64,000 nucleotides of DNA from an uncultured Oscillospiraceae bacterium (GCA_902465155.1 CABQLY010000011.1:1483-65482), one strand, 5' to 3'; shown: positions 11,601-19,783, counted from the stretch's first letter. A program made the numbers and translations. The notes: generated by a model from the letters alone, not told the origin.

Positions 11601-12078
11601 GCTGAACGAGGCCATTGACGAGCAGCGCGGAATTCAGCCGGCCGAGGCGCCGGATTGCGCGGTAGATTTAAATATTAACGCCAATATTCCGGAGCGGTAT
11701 ATTCCGGCGCTTTCGCACCGGTTAGAAATGTACCGCCGCATTGCCGATATTAAAACCGTGGCCGATAAAGAGGATATTATTGACGAGCTGTGCGACCGCT
11801 TTGGCGACCCGCCCAAAGAGGTGCTGGGGCTTATGGATATTTCGCTGCTGCGCAACGCCGCCGCCCAAAACGGAATAGACGAAATTACGGGCAACGGCAA
11901 AGCGGTAGAGCTGCATATTAAGCATTTTGAAATGCAGTCGGCCGCGGCGGTGCTGCAAAAGCTGGGCGGGCTGGCAACGCTGGTTCCGGCAACCCCCTGC
12001 TACCGGGTGGCCATTCCGGCGGGGCAGGCGCCAACGGCGGTGCTAAACAAGGTTGCCGCGCTGCTGGCTAAAAATTAA
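8641..12078 (+). CDS. mfd: Transcription-repair coupling factor Mfd
   Basis: 1145 aa. CarD-like segment (VGDYVVHAAHGIGRF), superfamily-2 helicase motifs (GDVGFGKTEVALRAAF, IIDEEQRFGV, LTLTATPIPRTL, QLHQLRGRVGRS) and a TRG region. Confidence 0.95.
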   Translation: MHFLTGAAYRLPGVQKTVEQLLGGVSPCALFGLPEVAKAVVLACLHEKCERPVLVVTATEAEALRLGTDVTALGKKTVILPARDYVFTQNSGFSREYEHRRIHALYRVLKQDFDIAFCDAESLTQMTANQAAFTAAGFTLKSGDTVDLNALRARLTGLGYLCTEQVDGPGQFAVRGGIVDVFSPAHEKPARLELWGDEIDLLSYFSTEDQRRSDPLSELTVLPACEFFYNPAELAQQLLKKAGALKKANEAYLRQLRQDAELLQAGGTVCADRYLPYLKNKPVLPGDYFKNCLLVCSEQKNISQRLKSLAAGRLNDFTALAEDGIILKNAADFYAPRGYFTQLVGHMQTVYLSNFTHGGFPVAPSGVESVTVRQISPYGGAIDVLCDDLRPCAAGRGTGVVAVYGEKAVDIMAGELAANGFAAAPANINQLAGPGIFVTACPPLSAGLELPELNTVFLTYKTGAAKKRRVKKRRKEEIFNSLEELKVGDYVVHAAHGIGRFDGIHRIRTGDVTKDYIKIKYRGSDVLYLPVTQLDLVSRYIGGSGENGPALNRLGGTEWQKTRARVRAAVSNIAKELTALYAKRMQLPGYAFSKDTDLQSDFEQRFIYEETQDQLRAIREIKNDMERPVPMDRLLCGDVGFGKTEVALRAAFKCICDGKQCALLVPTTILAWQHYLTAQERIGNLPIQVELLSRFKTPKETERILKRLKTGDIDLIVGTHRLISKDVAFKDLGLVIIDEEQRFGVAQKEKLKALLPTVDVLTLTATPIPRTLNMAMSGIRDMSSIEEAPQDRSPVQTYVIEQNSGILQEAVQRELRRGGQVYYLHNRVESIHTCALRLQNAFPAANIGVAHGKMGEEELSEIWHRLLEKEIDILVCTTIIETGVDVPNVNTLIIEDADRMGLAQLHQLRGRVGRSARRGYAYFCFRPGKALSEVAEKRLEAIREYTAFGSGFKIAMRDLEIRGAGSILGGEQHGHMEAVGYDMYLKLLNEAIDEQRGIQPAEAPDCAVDLNINANIPERYIPALSHRLEMYRRIADIKTVADKEDIIDELCDRFGDPPKEVLGLMDISLLRNAAAQNGIDEITGNGKAVELHIKHFEMQSAAAVLQKLGGLATLVPATPCYRVAIPAGQAPTAVLNKVAALLAKN

Positions 12079-12079
12079 G

Positions 12080-12135
12080 CCTTTGGCTGCCCCTTATTTG
12101 GGCGGCTTGGCCAAAGGTTAAAACTTTTGTTTTTA
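12080..12135 (+). terminator. Probable intrinsic terminator after mfd
   Basis: CCTTTGGC (12080-12087) pairs with GCCAAAGG (12110-12117), with an inner GCCC/GGGC pairing, followed by a T-rich tract. The loop is large, so confidence is moderate. Confidence 0.4.
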
Positions 12136-12154
12136 TTTAAAGGGTGCAAAAATA

Positions 12155-12949
12155 ATGTACTATTTAAAACCCCAACACACTGCAGACCGCTGCTTTGTTC
12201 TTACCGGTAAAAACAGCAGCTACACCACGCATATTCACGAAAATTTAGAGCTTATTTATATAAAAACCGGCAGCCGAGAGGTAATAATTCATCAACAAGC
12301 GTACCTTTTAAAAGCGGGGGATCTTGCGGTTATTTACCCGTTTGTTCCGCACGGCTTTCGGGCTGTAGAGCAAGGGGAGTGCGCCTGGGTAGGAATTCAT
12401 CCGCTGTTTTTAAACCCCAACGGTTTTAGCCTTTTTGGCCAAGCGCCAACCTGCCCGGTTATTGCCAAAAACAGCCAGCCGGCGCAGCTAAAATTGCTGC
12501 TTCAGGCGTTGTTTTTAAAAAATTGCCATGCGGCACCGTTTATAAAAGGGGTGGTGGCTGCGGCGCTTTCCTTGTGCGAGCCGCTGCTTAAAATTAATTG
12601 CGCGCAAGAGTACGGCGGGCAAACCAACCCGGCCGAGGTTTTGCAGTACATTATTGCGCACGCCGCCAACGGGCAGCTAACGGCCGAAAATACCGCCAAG
12701 CATTTTGGCATGGCCGAGCGTTACTTTTGCGCTTGGCTGGGCCGTGTTTTTGGAATGGGATTTCACAGGCTTTTAAGCTGCTGCCGGCTTAGCAACGCGG
12801 CCCTTATGCTTACGGGCAGCAATACTTCGGTTACGCAAATTGGGTACAAATGCGGGTTTGAAAGTATTCGCACCTTTAACCGACTGTTTTTGGCCGAATA
12901 CGGCTGCTCGCCGCAGCAGTACCGCAAAAATGGCCAAAAGCAGTGCTGA
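12155..12949 (+). CDS. AraC-family transcriptional regulator (cupin sensor plus HTH)
   Basis: 264 aa. N-terminal cupin-like region (HIHENLELIYIKTG...VPHGF). C-terminal AraC HTH (VTQIGYKCGFESIRTFNRLFLAEYGCSPQQYR). Confidence 0.8.
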   Translation: MYYLKPQHTADRCFVLTGKNSSYTTHIHENLELIYIKTGSREVIIHQQAYLLKAGDLAVIYPFVPHGFRAVEQGECAWVGIHPLFLNPNGFSLFGQAPTCPVIAKNSQPAQLKLLLQALFLKNCHAAPFIKGVVAAALSLCEPLLKINCAQEYGGQTNPAEVLQYIIAHAANGQLTAENTAKHFGMAERYFCAWLGRVFGMGFHRLLSCCRLSNAALMLTGSNTSVTQIGYKCGFESIRTFNRLFLAEYGCSPQQYRKNGQKQC

Positions 12950-13008
12950 AAATGGCTTGCGAATAGCCGGTAAAAGTTTTACAATAGCACTGTAAAGGCG
13001 GTGTTATT

Positions 13009-13995
13009 ATGGTAACCAATCAACTACCAAAATCGTTTGCGTTTGTAAACAGCTTTAAAAGGTACTCCGGCAACCCAATTTTACACCCGCAGGGGGCCTT
13101 AGCGGCCGATTGCATTTTTAATCCCGGCGCGGTGGCAACAAAAAACGGGGTAGAAATGCTTTGCCGGTGCATTAATTTTAAGGAAATGCCTAAGGGCTTT
13201 AATTGGAGCGTTTCGTCCCTTGTGTTTGCGCACAGCCAAAACGGTTTTGATTTTACCTTGCAGAACAAGCCGTTTCTTACGGCGGGCAACAGCTGCTACC
13301 AAGGCGGGTTTGAAGACCCAAGGCTGGTTTTTTTGCCGGAGGAGGGCTTGTACGCCCTAAGCTATACCGGCGTTTACAATTATTCTAAAACGGTTGGTAT
13401 GCTGGCCCTTTCAAAAAATCTTGTTGACTGGGAGTTTTTAGGAGAGTGCCTGCCGGGGCGGGCCATTGCCATAACCGATCGGCGCATTAACGGGGAATAT
13501 TACGCTTATTTTGGCAACAGCAGCATTTTTCTTGCCCATACCAAAGATTTAAAAAATTGGGTTGTTGAAGAAACTCCTGCCATTTCGCCGCGGCCAAATT
13601 TGTTTGATAATTGCCTGTGCGAGGCGGTGGCCGCCCCCATAATTAATAATGACGGCATATTGCTGTTGTATAACGGCTCCGCAACCGGGGAATTTAACAA
13701 TGCTATTGCGCACAACATGGTAAATGAGGCGGGGGAGCGGGTTTACGGCTTTCGGGGAAAGCACGCGCCCTGCTGTTACAGCATTGGCTGGGCGCTTTTT
13801 GAAAGAAACAACCCGGCCAAGCTAATTGCCAGAAGCACAGAGCCTATTTTAACGCCGCAGCTGCCGTACGAGTGTTACGGGATTGCGCCCTACACTGTTT
13901 TTGGCAACGCGTTGGTAAATTTTAATGGCAGGTGGATTCTTTATTACGGCTGCGCGGATAACCGAATTGCCGCGGCCGTTTCGGACCCGGTTTAA
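13009..13995 (+). CDS. GH130-family glycoside phosphorylase/hydrolase (beta-mannoside type)
   Basis: 328 aa. YSGNPILHP...FNPGAV...GFEDPRLV...YYGCADNRIAAA pattern of the five-bladed propeller GH130/DUF377 group. Confidence 0.7.
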   Translation: MVTNQLPKSFAFVNSFKRYSGNPILHPQGALAADCIFNPGAVATKNGVEMLCRCINFKEMPKGFNWSVSSLVFAHSQNGFDFTLQNKPFLTAGNSCYQGGFEDPRLVFLPEEGLYALSYTGVYNYSKTVGMLALSKNLVDWEFLGECLPGRAIAITDRRINGEYYAYFGNSSIFLAHTKDLKNWVVEETPAISPRPNLFDNCLCEAVAAPIINNDGILLLYNGSATGEFNNAIAHNMVNEAGERVYGFRGKHAPCCYSIGWALFERNNPAKLIARSTEPILTPQLPYECYGIAPYTVFGNALVNFNGRWILYYGCADNRIAAAVSDPV

Positions 13996-14189
13996 CCGTG
14001 GCGCACGCATGGGATACTGATTTTAAAGGAAAAATTTAAGTGCGAGCCTTGTGAAAAGCCTCGGTAATCCGTTCGCATTACCTGCGTTTTTGCCGCGGCT
14101 GAAGAGCTTTACAGCAGTGGGCTTTGGCGGCGCGGTTAACGGTAATAAGGCTATAATTTTTGTAGAATATGCTGAAAGGGCCTGATTTT

Positions 14190-16321
14190 ATGTTTGAAAA
14201 CGCTAAATGGATCAGATTTAAAACAGATACCGTTAATATAAAAAACAAATATAACCCCGTGCCCTATATTGCAAAAAGCTTTACTGTTAAATCCGGGCTC
14301 AAAAGCGCTATGCTGCACATCTGCACCGCGTCGGAAGCGGCCTATTTTTTAAACGGCACTGCAATTTTAAATTCCTATCGTCCCTCTGTGCCCTCAACGC
14401 CCCACAGCGCTATGGTTTACAGAGATTTTGATTTAACAAGCAATATAAAACAAGGCAAAAACCGCATTGGGGTAATGCTTAGCGGCCTAAGGCTTCATTA
14501 TGAGCTTGCAGAGCGCGGCCCCTCGTTTATACTGCAGCTTGATTTGGCATATATAAACGGGGAGAAGGAACAGCTTGTTAGCGGCAGTAGCTTTAAATGT
14601 GCGCTTTCGTCGGTTATTTTCAGTGCTCACGAGTGCGGCGAAATCTACAATGCAAACCTTAGAACAAAGAATTGGTGCCGCCCCGATTTTAACGACAGCA
14701 ATTGGCAAAATGCCGAGGAGCTGCCGGATCTTAACTGCCGCTTTCGCCCAACCAATTGCCCCGCAATAAGAAAAATAAAGCAAACCGATTGTGTGGAAAT
14801 TGCACCGAACCTTTTTGATTTTAAAACAACCACCTCCGGCTATGTTAAGGTAACTGTAAGCGGCAAAAAAGGCGATGTATTGAAGCTTAATTATTCCGAA
14901 AGGCTTACCAATGACCGCCTGCACTGCGATATGACCACCTATTTAAAAGAAAAAAGCAGTGCCCCGAGATGTACAACTCCGTTGAATACATTTTAAGCGG
15001 CGAAAAAAACGAAAAATTTGAGCAGCTGTTTTCCGTTCACGGTTTTAGGTATGTTGAGGTTATTGGCAATTACAAAAGCCTGCGGCTTACAGCTGTTACC
15101 TGCCATACAGATGTAAAGCAGGTGTCGTATTTTTGTTGCGACAACGATATTTTAAACCGTATTCATAACGCCTGCGCTAACTCTATTGCCACCTGCGCTC
15201 AAACCTTTTTTGTTGATAATCCTAAACGCGATGCGGCGTGGGTAGGCGACCAAATGCTGAGCGCGGAGGCTGCCGCTATTCTTTTTAACAGCTATGATTT
15301 GCACCTTGAAAATATGCTGATGTGCAGTGAGGCGCTGACCGACGAGATTGGTCTGCCTTGCGTAGTACCGGCAACAGGAAAGTGGATGTTCGGCAAAGAA
15401 TTTTCGGGGCCCGATTGGGGCGACGGCGTTGTTTTTCAGGTGCCGTACTATCAGTATAAATACACCGGCGATAAGAGAATAATTAAGGCGGTTTACAATA
15501 CTGCCGAAAAGCTTATGGAATACTTTGCAACACTAAGCAACAACGGCAGCTGCTTGCTGAATCAGTACGGAATAGGCGATTGGTCAGCTGTAAAACCCGG
15601 CTGCTCGGTTGAAGTTTCTATGTCGGCCTATTACCGTGTATGCGCAGTAATTCTTGCAAAATTCGCAAAAATCCTTGGAAAAGACAGCGCAAGCTACGAA
15701 AAACTTGCCGAAAATATTAAAACGCAGTTTAGAGAAAAATATGTTAAAAACGGCAAAATGAACGGGGGACATATAACAGAATTCCTTTTGGCTGCTTGGG
15801 CAGGCTTTTTAAGTAAAGAAGAAGCAAAAGACGCTGCTAAAACAGCGAGCGAGATGATTAAGGCAGACGGCTTGGCGTTTACTTTCGGCGCGCACGGTTT
15901 GCGCACAGCTTTTGATGTGCTGAGCGAAAACGGCTATGCGCAAACTGTTTACAATGTACTGGTTAATGAAAATGTGCTTGGCTACGCTTACAACATTAAG
16001 CAAGGCTACAATACGGTTCCCGAGCGCTTCGACTGGGAAAAGGACGGTGTATTCAGCCTCAATCATCACTTTTTTGCAACAGCTGCCTCGTGGTTTTACA
16101 AATGGGTTGCCGGCATTAAGGTTCAGGGCCTTAACTGTAAAAGCATTGAAATATCGCCTGTTTTGCTCAGTGATATTAAAAGCTTTAAAGCAAATTTAAG
16201 GGGAATTTCCGTGTGCCGAGAAAATAATATTTTAAAAATTAATTGCCCCTTTGATTTTACCCTAAAGCTTAACAAAAGCAGCACGAAATACAAAAGCGGC
16301 AGCTACACCTTTCGTATTTAA
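14190..16321 (+). pseudogene. GH78 alpha-L-rhamnosidase interrupted by a single-nucleotide frameshift
   Basis: Two overlapping ORFs in different frames: 14169..14996 (frame 0) and 14969..16321 (frame 2). Together they form one rhamnosidase: an N-terminal domain (MFENAKWIRF...), then ...YILSGEKNEKFEQLFSVHGFRYVEVIG and a six-hairpin domain. The shift falls between 14944 and 14968, which contains the runs AAAAGAAAAAAG and GCCCCG. Confidence 0.75.
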
Positions 16322-16356
16322 GCCAAACCTGCGCTGCCGTTACCAAGCCATAATAA

Positions 16357-16406
16357 GCACCCGTTTGCAACAGTTTCGCGCTGGAGCAAACGGGTGCCTG
16401 TTTTGT
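16357..16406 (+). terminator. Intrinsic terminator after the rhamnosidase
   Basis: A 12-bp stem, GCACCCGTTTGC (16357-16368) with GCAAACGGGTGC (16386-16397), followed by CTGTTTTGTTG. Confidence 0.6.
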
Positions 16407-16548
16407 TGCTTAAAGCCTTGGTTTAAGGTAACTTAGTTTAAGGTAATTTTTTAAACCAATAATCCGCCGGGCTTTTTCTTTGCGGCTCGCTATTTTTTAG
16501 GCGGCGTTGCGGCTTTGTTCCTTGTAGCAAGTAACCCGCCCGTGCTAT

Positions 16549-16582
16549 AAAAAAGCACTTAGCGTTACGCTAAGTGCTTTTT
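16549..16582. terminator. Orphan bidirectional terminator-like hairpin
   Basis: AAAAAGCACTTAGCG-TTA-CGCTAAGTGCTTTTT, a perfect 15-bp palindrome with A-run and T-run flanks. No annotated gene ends here. Confidence 0.5.
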
Positions 16583-16765
16583 GGTGAATGTGCAACAAAA
16601 TAACACAACGCCCATTGCGCCGAAAAATAAATGCTTTTAATATAACGAATGAATGAACAAGATGTATTTGTATGGTATTTTATTCGTTCGTCGGCAAAGC
16701 CGCCGCACTTGTTACCTTTTACAGATTGCTCCCCCCAAAAAATCCCGTTATCGGTTTTATTTTGA

Positions 16766-16886
16766 GGTGAAAAAGGTAAGAGCAAAAAGGTAAAAAGTTA
16801 AAAAGCAAAGGTAAAAAGTAAAAGGCGAAAATTAAAAAAGGCGAAAATTAAAAAAAATAAAAAGTAAAAAGTAAAAAGTAAAAATC
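16766..16886. repeat. A-rich low-complexity tract with short tandem/direct repeats
   Basis: Contains GGCGAAAATTAAAAAA twice, GTAAAAA three to four times and AAAAAGGTAA-like units. It lies immediately downstream (minus sense) of the tRNA-Leu terminator. Confidence 0.7.
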
Positions 16887-16912
16887 TCGCTCACTTTTGT
16901 GAGCGAGATTTT
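16881..16912 (-). terminator. Intrinsic terminator of tRNA-Leu
   Basis: An 11-bp stem, ATCTCGCTCAC / GTGAGCGAGAT, with a TTTT loop. It directly abuts the tRNA 3' CCA and is followed by a U-rich tract in minus sense. Confidence 0.7.
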
Positions 16913-16994
16913 TGGTGCGGGCGACAGGACTTGAACCTGCACGGTTGCCCACTAGTTCCTAAGACTAGCGTGTCTGCCATTCCACCACGCCCGC
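16913..16994 (-). tRNA. tRNA-Leu (anticodon UAG), CCA encoded
   Basis: The reverse complement is GCGGGCGTGGTGGAATGGCAGACACGCTAGTCTTAGGAACTAGTGGGCAACCGTGCAGGTTCAAGTCCTGTCGCCCGCACCA. It has a 7-bp acceptor stem, anticodon stem CTAGT/ACTAG with loop CTTAGGA, a long variable arm (class II) and a GGTTCAAGTCC T-arm. Confidence 0.9.
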
Positions 16995-17044
16995 AAACTG
17001 CTTTAAACTGCAGCGGCTAACGCTACACTTTAAAAGGCCTTTCT

Positions 17045-17074
17045 ATTTTAACCTATAACGGGGTTGTTTGTCAA
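17045..17074 (-). promoter_or_regulatory. Candidate sigma-A promoter for tRNA-Leu
   Basis: Minus strand: TTGACA (17069-17074), 18-nt spacer, TAAAAT (17045-17050). Confidence 0.4.
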
Positions 17075-17414
17075 GCTTTTTTAAAGAATTTTGTTTGTTT
17101 TATTGCGCGGGGCCGGGGTGTGCGGGCAAAATAGAATACTTTACGCGGCAGGGGCCAAAAAGGCGGGGGGCATTTGGGGCCTTATGCCACTGTGTTTTTG
17201 GCTTTTGCCGGCTTTAAGCGGGCAACAATTAACAAGGGCCTGCTTTGGGCGTTTTGCTTTTAACAAAGCTCTTCCTTAATTTTTTTAAAAATTGGGTTGG
17301 TTTTTGCCGGGCAAACCAAAGCGCTTGCGCTAAGCCCGCCCAAAAGGGCAAAACGGCTTTTGGCTGCCCTTTTTGCAGGGCGTTAACCTTACAAATTTTT
17401 TGAGTTTTTTGCGC

Positions 17415-17446
17415 AAAAAACCGCCGCAGGCGGCTGCCTGCAGCGG
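17415..17446 (-). terminator. Intrinsic terminator of hsp20
   Basis: Minus-sense CCGCTGCAGGC-AGCC-GCCTGCGGCGG (11 bp including one G.U) followed by UUUUUU (plus A-run at 17415-17420). Confidence 0.7.
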
Positions 17447-17465
17447 CGTTTTCGGCGTTATTCAA

Positions 17466-17918
17466 TTATTCAATTTCCAACCGGCGGGTCTGCGGCTTGT
17501 CCTCTTTCTTTTTCGGCAAGGTCAGCTTTAATACGCCGTCGTGGTATTTGGCGGTAATGGCGTCGCTCTGCACGCCGGAAAGGTCAAATTCCCGGCTGTA
17601 AGCGCCGTAAGAACGCTCGCAGCGAACATATTTGCCTTTTTTCTCCTTTTCCTCATGCTCCGAATGGCGCTCGGCCCGAATGGTTAAAACATCGCCGCTA
17701 ATATCAAGGTGAATATCCTTTTTGGCAAAGCCGGGCAGGTCGGCCTCTAACTCGTAACGGTCGCCCTCGTCTTTAATGTCGGTTTTAAATTCATCTAACG
17801 CGTGGCCGCCGTAAAAGCCAAACGGCGCGTTAAAAAACTGCTTTTCCAGCTCGTCCATTTCTTTAAACGGATTATATAATGCATTGTTTCTGTGCGAATA
17901 AGGTCTAAGTTCAAACAT
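17466..17918 (-). CDS. Small heat-shock protein, Hsp20/alpha-crystallin family
   Basis: 150 aa. The alpha-crystallin domain is recognisable (DIKDEGDRYELEADLPGFAKKDIHLDISGDVLTIRAER...SYGAYSREFDL...I.AKYHDGVLKLTLPK). Confidence 0.9.
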   Translation of the reverse strand: MFELRPYSHRNNALYNPFKEMDELEKQFFNAPFGFYGGHALDEFKTDIKDEGDRYELEADLPGFAKKDIHLDISGDVLTIRAERHSEHEEKEKKGKYVRCERSYGAYSREFDLSGVQSDAITAKYHDGVLKLTLPKKKEDKPQTRRLEIE

Positions 17919-18076
17919 ATAAAAGCCTCCAATAAAACTAATTCATTTTCCGGCCTTTTGCGTTACCTGGTTGGCCGGCACCGGTTTAACGGTTGACACA
18001 TTGGAACCACCTTTTTCTTTTTAAAAGCCCTTGCAACCTTTGCTTTTTGGGGCTTTCTTTTTTTCTTTGTGATTAT

Positions 18077-18104
18077 ATTATAGCACAAGCGGTTGCTTTT
18101 TCAA
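18077..18104 (-). promoter_or_regulatory. Candidate hsp20 promoter (extended -10)
   Basis: Minus strand: TTGAAA (18099-18104), 16-nt spacer, TGC-TATAAT (18077-18082). It implies a 5' UTR of about 150 nt. Confidence 0.4.
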
Positions 18105-18121
18105 CGGTATTATAGTATAAT
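18093..18121 (+). promoter_or_regulatory. Candidate promoter of the PucR-family gene, overlapping the hsp20 promoter back to back
   Basis: TTGCTT (18093-18098), 17-nt spacer, TATAAT (18116-18121). Confidence 0.35.
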
Positions 18122-18165
18122 AATTAAAAATGTATTGTGCTGTTAGCACAAATTTAGGTGAGGAC

Positions 18166-19356
18166 ATGAATAAAACAATTTTATTACAGGCGTTTTTGGG
18201 CAATAAAACGCTGGGCGAGCTGGCCCAAACGGTTGGAGAGCAGTTAGGCTGCACGGTTATTATTACCGACGGCGCCTTTCACATTGTAGCAACGGGGGCG
18301 GTGCCGGCCACGGCAACCGGCGGGCTGCGGCAGGCGCTTTTGCACAGCGAGCTGCCGCTGCAGGTTTGCGCGCTTATAACCAGCAGGCTGCAAAACGGGG
18401 CGGAGCCGGCCGCGGCTTTTACCGTAAACGGCTGGCAGGTAACGGCGGCGCCGCTAAGCTGCGGCACGGCCAACCTGGGCTACCTGCTTTACCTTACAAA
18501 ACCGGGCAAGGCGCCTGCAGGGCAGGGGGCCGATTTTGCCAAAAGCCTGCTGGCAAAGCAATTTTACATGGAGCGGCGGCTGTACAGCCTAACCGGCAAC
18601 ACGGCCGAGGACCTTTTAGCAGACCTTTTGGAGGGCAAATTTCCCACCAAGGCCGATTTTACCCTAAAGGCTGCCGGCACCTTTTTGGCGCATTTTTCGC
18701 CGCACCGGTTTGTGCTGCTGCAGTTTGCAAACCCGGCCGCCGGCGTAAACAGCGCCGACCGCCTGCAAAAAAGGCTGACGCAAAGCTTTGCGGCCTCGCA
18801 CCCGTTTTTTTACGGCGGGCAAATTGTTTTATTTTTGCACCAGGACCACGACTTAGCGCCGCTGCAGGCCTTAACAAAGGAGTTTGACCTGCAGGCGGTG
18901 CTTTCGGCCCCGCTGGCCGAGCTTTACAGCCTAAAGGGGCAGTTTCAGCCAACGGCAGCGGCGCTGCAATATTTAGCGGGCAAAAATAAAAATTGCCCGT
19001 TTTTGGCGTACGCCGAGCAATACGCCCTGCTAACGCTGCTGCAGCGGCTTGGCGCCGAGCCGAATTTTAACCCGGCCGTTACCCGCTTAGCGGCCTACGA
19101 CGCCGCCCACAACGGCCGCCTTTGCCAAACCCTTTTTGCGTACCTTGTTTGTCACCGCTCGTTACAAAAAACCTGCGAGCTGCTTTTTACCCACCGCAAC
19201 ACGGTGCTTTACCGCATTAAAAAAATTAAAGAGGATTTTAATTTGGACCCGGACTGCCCCGAAACCTGCCTGGCCAACCTGCTTTCGCTGGCGCTGGTTT
19301 TAGTGCGCCAAGGGCAGGAGGATTGGTTTTTGCTGCCGCTGGAAGGCAAGGCCTAA
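18166..19356 (+). CDS. PucR/CdaR-family transcriptional regulator
   Basis: Start MNKTILL at 18166 after AGGTGAGGA. The C-terminal PucR HTH is present (SLQKTCELLFTHRNTVLYRIKKIKEDFNLD). Confidence 0.75.
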   Translation: MNKTILLQAFLGNKTLGELAQTVGEQLGCTVIITDGAFHIVATGAVPATATGGLRQALLHSELPLQVCALITSRLQNGAEPAAAFTVNGWQVTAAPLSCGTANLGYLLYLTKPGKAPAGQGADFAKSLLAKQFYMERRLYSLTGNTAEDLLADLLEGKFPTKADFTLKAAGTFLAHFSPHRFVLLQFANPAAGVNSADRLQKRLTQSFAASHPFFYGGQIVLFLHQDHDLAPLQALTKEFDLQAVLSAPLAELYSLKGQFQPTAAALQYLAGKNKNCPFLAYAEQYALLTLLQRLGAEPNFNPAVTRLAAYDAAHNGRLCQTLFAYLVCHRSLQKTCELLFTHRNTVLYRIKKIKEDFNLDPDCPETCLANLLSLALVLVRQGQEDWFLLPLEGKA

Positions 19357-19436
19357 AAGGCCTTTTTAAGCTTTGCGTTTAGGACTGGCACACATTGCCC
19401 CCACCGGCGTATACTGGGGTAAAGGACGGTGGTTCA

Positions 19437-19598
19437 ATGCGAAGAAGACCCAGATCTAAAACAGCGTTTCCGGTTTACCTAATTGCGTTTTGCGTGGGGC
19501 TGATGATTGCTTTTTACTGTCCTTTAAAATTTTTAGTATGCACGCTGGCACTTGCAGTAATATTGCTGGGCATTTGGTGCATAAAATGTTGTCGGTAA
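19437..19598 (+). CDS. Small (53 aa) two-TM membrane protein, hypothetical
   Basis: MRRRPRSKTAFPVYLIAFCVGLMIAFYCPLKFLVCTLALAVILLGIWCIKCCR. AAGGA lies about 12 nt upstream. The ORF ends 11 nt before spoVM. Confidence 0.4.
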   Translation: MRRRPRSKTAFPVYLIAFCVGLMIAFYCPLKFLVCTLALAVILLGIWCIKCCR

Positions 19599-19609
19599 GG
19601 GGTGCTTTT

Positions 19610-19696
19610 ATGAAGGTTGTTGTTGTAAAAAGTCCAAAGCTGTTAGGTGGAATTTTGCGCCTGATTTTTGGCATTAAAAAAAGCGAGACCGTGTAA
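19610..19696 (+). CDS. spoVM: Stage V sporulation protein M (SpoVM), 28 aa
   Basis: Internal ATG at 19610 of track ORF 19490..19696, with TAAGGGG 7 nt upstream. MKVVVVKSPKLLGGILRLIFGIKKSETV aligns with B. subtilis SpoVM MKFYTIKLPKFLGGIVRAMLGSFRKD (shared K-x-PK-x-LGGI-x-R and a basic C-terminal end). Confidence 0.75.
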   Translation: MKVVVVKSPKLLGGILRLIFGIKKSETV

Positions 19697-19737
19697 GCCA
19701 AAGCCTACCGGCCGAAAATAATTTTAAAACAACATAG

Positions 19738-19783
19738 CAGCAAGGCTGCCGCGGGTTAACCCGCGGCAGCCTTGCTGGTTTTT
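19738..19783. terminator. Strong terminator between the convergent spoVM and esterase genes
   Basis: A perfect 18-bp stem, CAGCAAGGCTGCCGCGGG-TTAA-CCCGCGGCAGCCTTGCTG, followed by GTTTTT. Confidence 0.8.

Noticed and set aside
16570-16785. 71-aa ORF (-) in the tRNA-proximal gap
   Set aside because: It has no SD, an odd composition, and it runs through the orphan terminator region. It is more likely non-coding.
17919-18130. CIRCE (HrcA) or CtsR operator, or a ROSE/fourU RNA thermometer, upstream of hsp20
   Set aside because: I searched both strands by eye. There is no TTAGCACTC-N9-GAGTGCTAA, no GGTCAAA direct repeat, and no U-rich or CCUCC segment positioned to pair with the GGAGG SD.
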